DNA of 43,618 nucleotides, counting the filler, from Catajapyx aquilonaris (Eukaryota): assembly GCA_000934665.2 (NCBI GenBank). It is 2 parts of 2 records of this genome, joined end to end, with 100 filler letters (N's around TTAATTAATTAA, not from the genome) between each part and the next. Parts side by side here need not be neighbours in the genome. Positions count along the whole stretch, not along the records: positions 21,865 to 43,618 come from JYFJ02005985.1; 1 more part is not named here. One strand, 5' to 3'. The translations under genes were made by a program, and so were the position numbers. Shown here piece after piece: positions 38,097-43,618 of this stretch; the stretch's first letter is position 1; the number at the start of each line of letters is the position of its first letter. The notes beneath the pieces were generated by a model that did not search any database, was not told the DNA's origin, and saw only the letters and a program-made list of their open reading frames with translations.

Positions 38097-39678
38097 ATGA
38101 AGGTCCTGTTGGTTTTCGTCTGCCTGTTGGCCACCACACTAGCCATCACATTAGGTAAGGTGTACCTACCAATTGAAAACTAAAATTAAACCTATGTAAC
38201 AATTGGCATTGTTGTAATCGGATTTATTTTGGTCCAGATGAGGCCTTCCAGAGGTGCAAGGGAATTCGGAGGGAGGACCTGGAGCCATGTCTGATCAACC
38301 TGATCAACGAGATGAGACCCTTGATCCACGAAGGTAATGTGGGACCAGTTGCCAAAAAATGTATAGATATGTGCATTAAGTCTACCTACAACTTTTATAA
38401 CATGCCTGCGTTAGTATTCTCAAGCAAAGCGTGCGTTTTCTCAAACCAGTCTGAACCTGAGAAACCAGATTCTGAAGTGAGTTATTGGTCTGCTTCACTC
38501 CATTGCAGCTCCTTATATGTAAAAGTAGGCCTGTAATTTTTAGCTTGTGATTTTGCAATGTTTTGTGTGGTCAGTATAGACTATGTATAGACTATGCCGG
38601 TATAGACGATGTGGTCTTGTTCCTTGTTAACCTTGATGTGTACTGATCTTTGGAGCCGTTTTATTTGTATACTTTTTACGCAGCTATCACAACGTATACC
38701 TATCCTATACCTATACCTAGCCTATACCTATACCTATCCTATACCTATACCTATACCTATACCTATACCTATCCTGTACCTGCTATGTGATGAAACTATT
38801 TGCTTCAGGAATTCCTGAGCTGGGCCTAATTGGCATTGATATCGATGCGGAACCAATGAACTTTGACAGAAAGCACGGAAGCAGCTATGTGAAAGCAAGT
38901 TATGAACAGATGAAAATCAAGGGATTCAACGAGTTCGAAATGAAGGACTTAGAGTGAGTTTTAAGAAAATCTTTTTGTTGCGCAACTGATAACAACTGTT
39001 CGTTATAGGATTGACTACGACAAGAGAATTGCCCGCTGGACAGTTCTAATCCCCCAAGTGCTGTTAACAAGCAGGTACTTCATGGACGCCAAAATTGCCT
39101 ACTTTCCACTCCATGGAAACGGGACATGTTGGCATAAAGCAGGTGAGGAATTGAAGTTTTGTATGCAAACCGCTCAATGTTGACCAGTATATTTCCAAAA
39201 ACACCATTCTTTTAGACAACTTTATGATAAGCGGCGTGTCCAAGTTTGGAGTCGAGAAAATAAATGGAGAGTTGCGTCTGCAGGAAGTGGACACGGATAT
39301 GGATTTCAACTATGGAAAACTGTCGTTGAGAATGAATAACCTCTTCAACGGGGATCCCATACTGCGTAAGATTGTCTATAATTATAGAAAATTGTAATAG
39401 TATGGCACAGTTCATATACCGTATGTCACTCTTCTGTAGGTTGGAGAAGAGAGCCACAATAGATGATTCCTTATTATGTAATATTTCTTTCAGAGGAAGC
39501 GGCTTCTGTTTTCTTGGACTCGAACGCTGATCTACTGATAGAGGAGATGCGACCACAGACAAAGAAGGTTTTCCGTCAAATGACTGGAAACACTATCAAC
39601 AAAGTCTTGGCCAGAATCAAGCTGGATGACCTGGCTGGAAGCGAACACATCAGAAAAGCTTTCAACCTTCGAGACTGA
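38097..39678 (+). CDS. takeout/JHBP-family protein, copy B3 (255 aa)
   Basis: Exons 38097-38154, 38238-38333, 38809-38953, 39009-39142, 39216-39365 and 39494-39678; open frame. Confidence 0.9.
38696..38780. repeat. (CCTATA)n hexanucleotide microsatellite in intron 2 of B3
   Basis: Directly visible; explains the PIPIPI pseudo-ORF. Confidence 0.95.
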
Positions 39679-40168
39679 ATTGCTCTGCGATTCATATCAA
39701 GATATTGGTACGAGGTTTACAAATATGTTTAATCCACTAATCACAGTGAAATGCATCTTTTAACAAGAACTGTGGAGGCTTAACACACGGACAGGAAACT
39801 GTACAATATATTTTGTTAATTTTTTTGGTCAATAAATTTTGATAAATGACCTTCTGACGTGATATTTCGCATATCTGTAAGACTTCAAGATAGTGGTCAC
39901 ATGTCATTAGCCAGACCATGCTCAGTATCTCGAACGCCATTTGCATTTTTCGAATTTCTTCATAAAAAATTTGCCGCCTAAACCGCCAAGAACAACAAAC
40001 AGGCTTCAGCGACTGTCTTAAGTTTTGGGGCCATTGCTCCTCCCTCAAGGTCTCTTCTGGCACATATAGGCTCTCAATGTGCTATGCACGTGACAAAAAA
40101 TCCGGAAAACAGGTATTGGAAGGCAGACTTGTCCAAGCAAGACTCAGTTAGCATTTGGAAGCGGAACA

Positions 40169-41708
40169 ATGAAGGTCCTGATGGTTTTCGTCTTCCTATT
40201 GGCCACCACACTCGCCATCACATTGGGTAAGGCGTGACAATAATGTAAATAGCCTATCTATAATATTAAAATTCTTCGTTGTTTGTGTAAGCATTCTGAT
40301 TTGTCCCCTATTGTTGTTACCGCGACGCCTTCAATTGGCCCGCGTTCTACGCATGCGCAATGGGGTGGAGACAGCACCTCTGGTGGGTGGAAGTAGGAAC
40401 GATCCATTCTATCGCAACGGCTGGATGGTCTACTTCGCTCCCTCCTGTTCCACCCACCCACCCCTGTATTGTTGCACAACAGCTATGTTGTTGACAGGCA
40501 GTAAACAGTTCGATCTTGGAACATCATGAGGTGTTCTGATAATCCGGCCGTTCAAAGGCCATAGCGATTAATAATATGGCGTACACCCCCATAGGTCGCA
40601 GGCCTAGAAAAAATCGAGAGAAGCTAAGGTTTTTTCTAGTATTTCTAACTACGATATGATTCTCAGTAATATTTTTTGGGGGGTCAGATGAGGCTTTTCA
40701 GAAGTGCAAAGGTGTGCTGAGGGAGGACCTGGAGCCATGTCTGATCAACCTGATCAACGAGATGAGACCCTTGATTCATGAAGGTAATGCATTACCTGCT
40801 GTGTAAGAGTAATGCCAACCTTTACATGCGTTAATTTTAGGAATTCCTGAGCTGGGCCTCCAGGCTGTTGACATTGAGACGGAAACACAGTACATTGACG
40901 AAAATCATGGAAGCAGCTATGTGAAAGCAAGTTATGGAAGTGGAAAATTTAAGGGATTCAACGAGTTTGAAATGAAAAATTTAGAGTGAGTTTTTGAATT
41001 ATTTTTTTGGCCACTGTACTATTAACCGTTTGTTATAGGATTGACTATGACAAGAGGATTGCCCGCTGGACAGCTCTAGTCCCCCAAGTGCTATTCACAG
41101 GCAGATACTTTATGGATGCCAAAGTTGCCTACTTTCCACTCCATGGGAACGGAACATGTTGGCATAAAGCAGGTGAGGAATATTGTCGTAGTTCCATTCA
41201 CAAATCACAGCTTCCATAGGGAAAAAGGAGAGTGATGATTGGTGAATGGGAATGTTGACCTAATATTGTGACAGACCCAGCAGCATATTTTCAATAATGC
41301 TATTGTTTCAGACAACTTTCTGATGACAGGCGTGTCCAAGCTTGGAGTGGAGAAAATAAATGGAGAGTTGCGTCTGCAGGAAGTGGACACGGATTTGAAT
41401 TTCAACTACAAGAAAGCTTCGATTCGAATGAATAATCTTTTTAACGGGGATACCATACTGCGTAAGATAGAGAAGACAGTCCATGTCTTTTTTTATCATA
41501 ATTATTGGAAATATTTCTTTCAGAGGAAGCGGCGTCTGTTTTCTTGGACTCGAACGTCGATCTACTGGTCAATGAGATGCGACCATCAGTAAGGAAGATT
41601 TTCGGTCAAGTGATTCAAGACACTGTCAACAAGGTATTGGCCAGAATCAAGTTTGATGACTTGGCTGGAAGCGAGTACCTCAGAAAATCATTCAACCTTC
41701 AAGACTGA
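40169..41708 (+). CDS. takeout/JHBP-family protein, copy B4 (255 aa)
   Basis: Exons 40169-40226, 40688-40783, 40841-40985, 41039-41172, 41312-41461 and 41524-41708; open frame. Confidence 0.9.
40257..40639 (+). mobile_element. Non-autonomous Helitron-like insertion in intron 1 of B4
   Basis: A|TCTATAATATTAAAA 5' end, subterminal degenerate hairpin, CTAG|T 3' end, no TSD. Paralogous introns are only about 80 bp. Confidence 0.75.
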
Positions 41709-42105
41709 GTTGCTCTGCGATTCATCTCAAACAGTCAGTCGTGTAACTATCGCCACGAGTTTTACATATTACTGTTTAATCCATTCACCACAGTGATACA
41801 CGTATCCTACCAAGCTTACTACGAGTAATCGAGCATACTGTATACAAGTATATGCAAGTAGCGTATACTGCACAATTTTGGACATGTTGTTTTTTTGCTC
41901 AATAAATTTTGGAAAACAACCAGCTCACTGACATGAATCCGACATTTCGCATATCTCTTTTTAGTAGGCTATTTACCACCCATAACTCATTTTCGACCAA
42001 AACTGCACTTACCCTTTTCCCCCTCCCTCTTCCTACCCCCAGCCCATTTCCCCCTTCAAAATCTATCCTAGCAAACTCATATTTTAGACCTTTTTTATCC
42101 ATCAG

Positions 42106-42371
42106 AAAAAGTCTTATAGCACGGCTCTGCCCGTCCGTCCTTCCGTCTGTGGACAGGTATCAGGTATCATGGGGTAGGAGGAAGGAGGGGGGAAAGGCGG
42201 TCTGAGGAGAATGGACGGTCAGGGATAGGGGGTAGTGGGGGGAGGGGGCAGCCAGGGGAAAGTGGCGGATAGAGTGAACCCGGAACCCGAAAATCGAAAA
42301 AGTCTTATAGCACAACTCTGTCTGTCTGATACCTGTCCACAGACAGACAGAGCCGCTCTGTAAGACTTTTT
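42106..42371. mobile_element. DINE/HINE-like or MITE element with (GTCY)n and about 50-bp inverted ends
   Basis: AAAAAGTCTTATAGCACGGCTCTG..(CCGT)n..TGTGGACAGGTATCAG (42106-42163) is inverted at 42326-42371, with a partial direct copy at about 42297. Confidence 0.6.
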
Positions 42372-42563
42372 TTCTCGAAAAAGTTTAAAGCAGGCTTTTG
42401 CGACTGATGACTAAAGTTTTAGGGCCATTGCCCCTCCCTCAAGGCCTTTTCTGGCACACATAGTCTCTTCATGTACTATGCAGGTGACAAAAAAAATCAG
42501 GAAAACAGGTATTGCAAGGCAGACTTATCCAAACAAGACTCAGTTGGAATTTGGAAGCGGAAC

Positions 42564-43618
42564 ATGAAGGTCCTGTTGGTTTTCGTCTGCCTATTGGCCA
42601 CCACACTTGCCATCACATTGGGTAAGGTGTGTTTCAATTGAAATGAAAATAGCTAACTGTAACTGGCGAATTCTGTGTAACAATGGGAATATATTTTGGG
42701 CCAGACGAGGCTTTCCAGAGGTGCAAGGGAATTCAGAGGGAGGACCTGGAGCCATGTCTGATCAACCTGATCAACGAAATGAGACCACTGATCCATGAAG
42801 GTAAAATGTATTACGCGGAATCACAAATGTCTCGACTTGAATTTGTGCATTAAGTCTAGCTACAACTTTCGTAACAGCCTATAGTATTCTCGAGTAACGT
42901 GCATTTTCTCAAACCAGTCTGAACTTTAAAAACCAGATTCTGAAGTGAGTTATTGGTCTGCTTCTTTCCACTGCAGCCTTATATGCAAAAGTAGAAGTTT
43001 AATAAATTTATTGCCTTAGAACCTTACCTTACCTTCGAACTTTTTACCTTCTTACCTCAGAACAATTTTGCAATGTTTTTTTGCAGTTAGTTAGGTGATA
43101 TAATTTTTCATTAGTTTTAAAAATTATTCATTCATTCTGTCTACATGCATTCTGTCTAGCCTCGAATCTAGGTGACCAGTTTTTGACTGTGGTCACGATG
43201 TGGGCTTGCCCCTTGTTAACCTTGATGACAACTAGAGTCTGACGGGTACTTTCATTTGGGCGCTTTTTATGCAGCTGTCACATGTAGTTTTTGAGCCTAT
43301 ATCTGCTGTGTGAAAGTAATGCCAATTTTACATACGTTAATAATTATTTCAGGAATTCCTGAGCTGGGTCTCCAAGCTGTTGAGATCGTGTCGGAACCAA
43401 TGAACTTTGAAAGAAAACACGGAAGCAGCTATGTGAAAGCAAGTTATGGAAGTGGGAAATTCAATGGATTCAATGAGTTTGAAATGAAGGATTTAGAGTA
43501 AGTTTAAACCAATCATTTTTAGGTACGAAACTTTTAACTGGGTTTTTACAGGATTGACTATGACAAGAGAATTGCTCGCTGGACAGTTCGAATCCCTCGA
43601 CTGCTGTTCACAGGAAGA
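42564..43618 (+). CDS. takeout/JHBP-family protein, copy B5 (partial, runs off window)
   Basis: Exons 42564-42621, 42705-42800, 43353-43497 and 43552-end; frame open so far. Confidence 0.88.

Noticed and set aside
34006..41499. Recurrent minus-strand ORFs (e.g. MKSISVSTSCRRNSPFIFSTP)
   Set aside because: Antisense shadows of conserved exon 5, with no independent gene structure.

Overview
Eukaryotic (arthropod-type), intron-containing genomic DNA; no prokaryotic features or CRISPR. Bases 1-21,760 are gene-poor and full of transposon remains: two degenerate mariner elements, solo LTRs with 5-bp target-site duplications (TSDs), three tRNA-derived SINEs stacked in an (ATT)n array, and a 1.87-kb near-perfect palindromic element. 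A 100-base artificial gap linker follows. From about 22,040 to the window end lies a head-to-tail (+ strand) array of six-exon genes for secreted 253-256-aa proteins with takeout/juvenile-hormone-binding-protein (JHBP) family motifs. I reconstructed the gene models by hand from GT-AG sites: 8 intact copies, 1 copy cut by the window edge, 1 frameshifted and internally deleted pseudogene, and 2 orphan last-exon fragments. They form two subfamilies, A (0-5) and B (1-5). The subfamilies differ in the position of an unpaired third Cys and in promoter motifs: PAR-bZIP-like sites in A versus an Inr plus variable E-box in B. The array shows mosaic/gene-conversion signs and hypervariable patches. Family assignment rests on remembered motifs, not a database search, and the species cannot be determined from this sequence.
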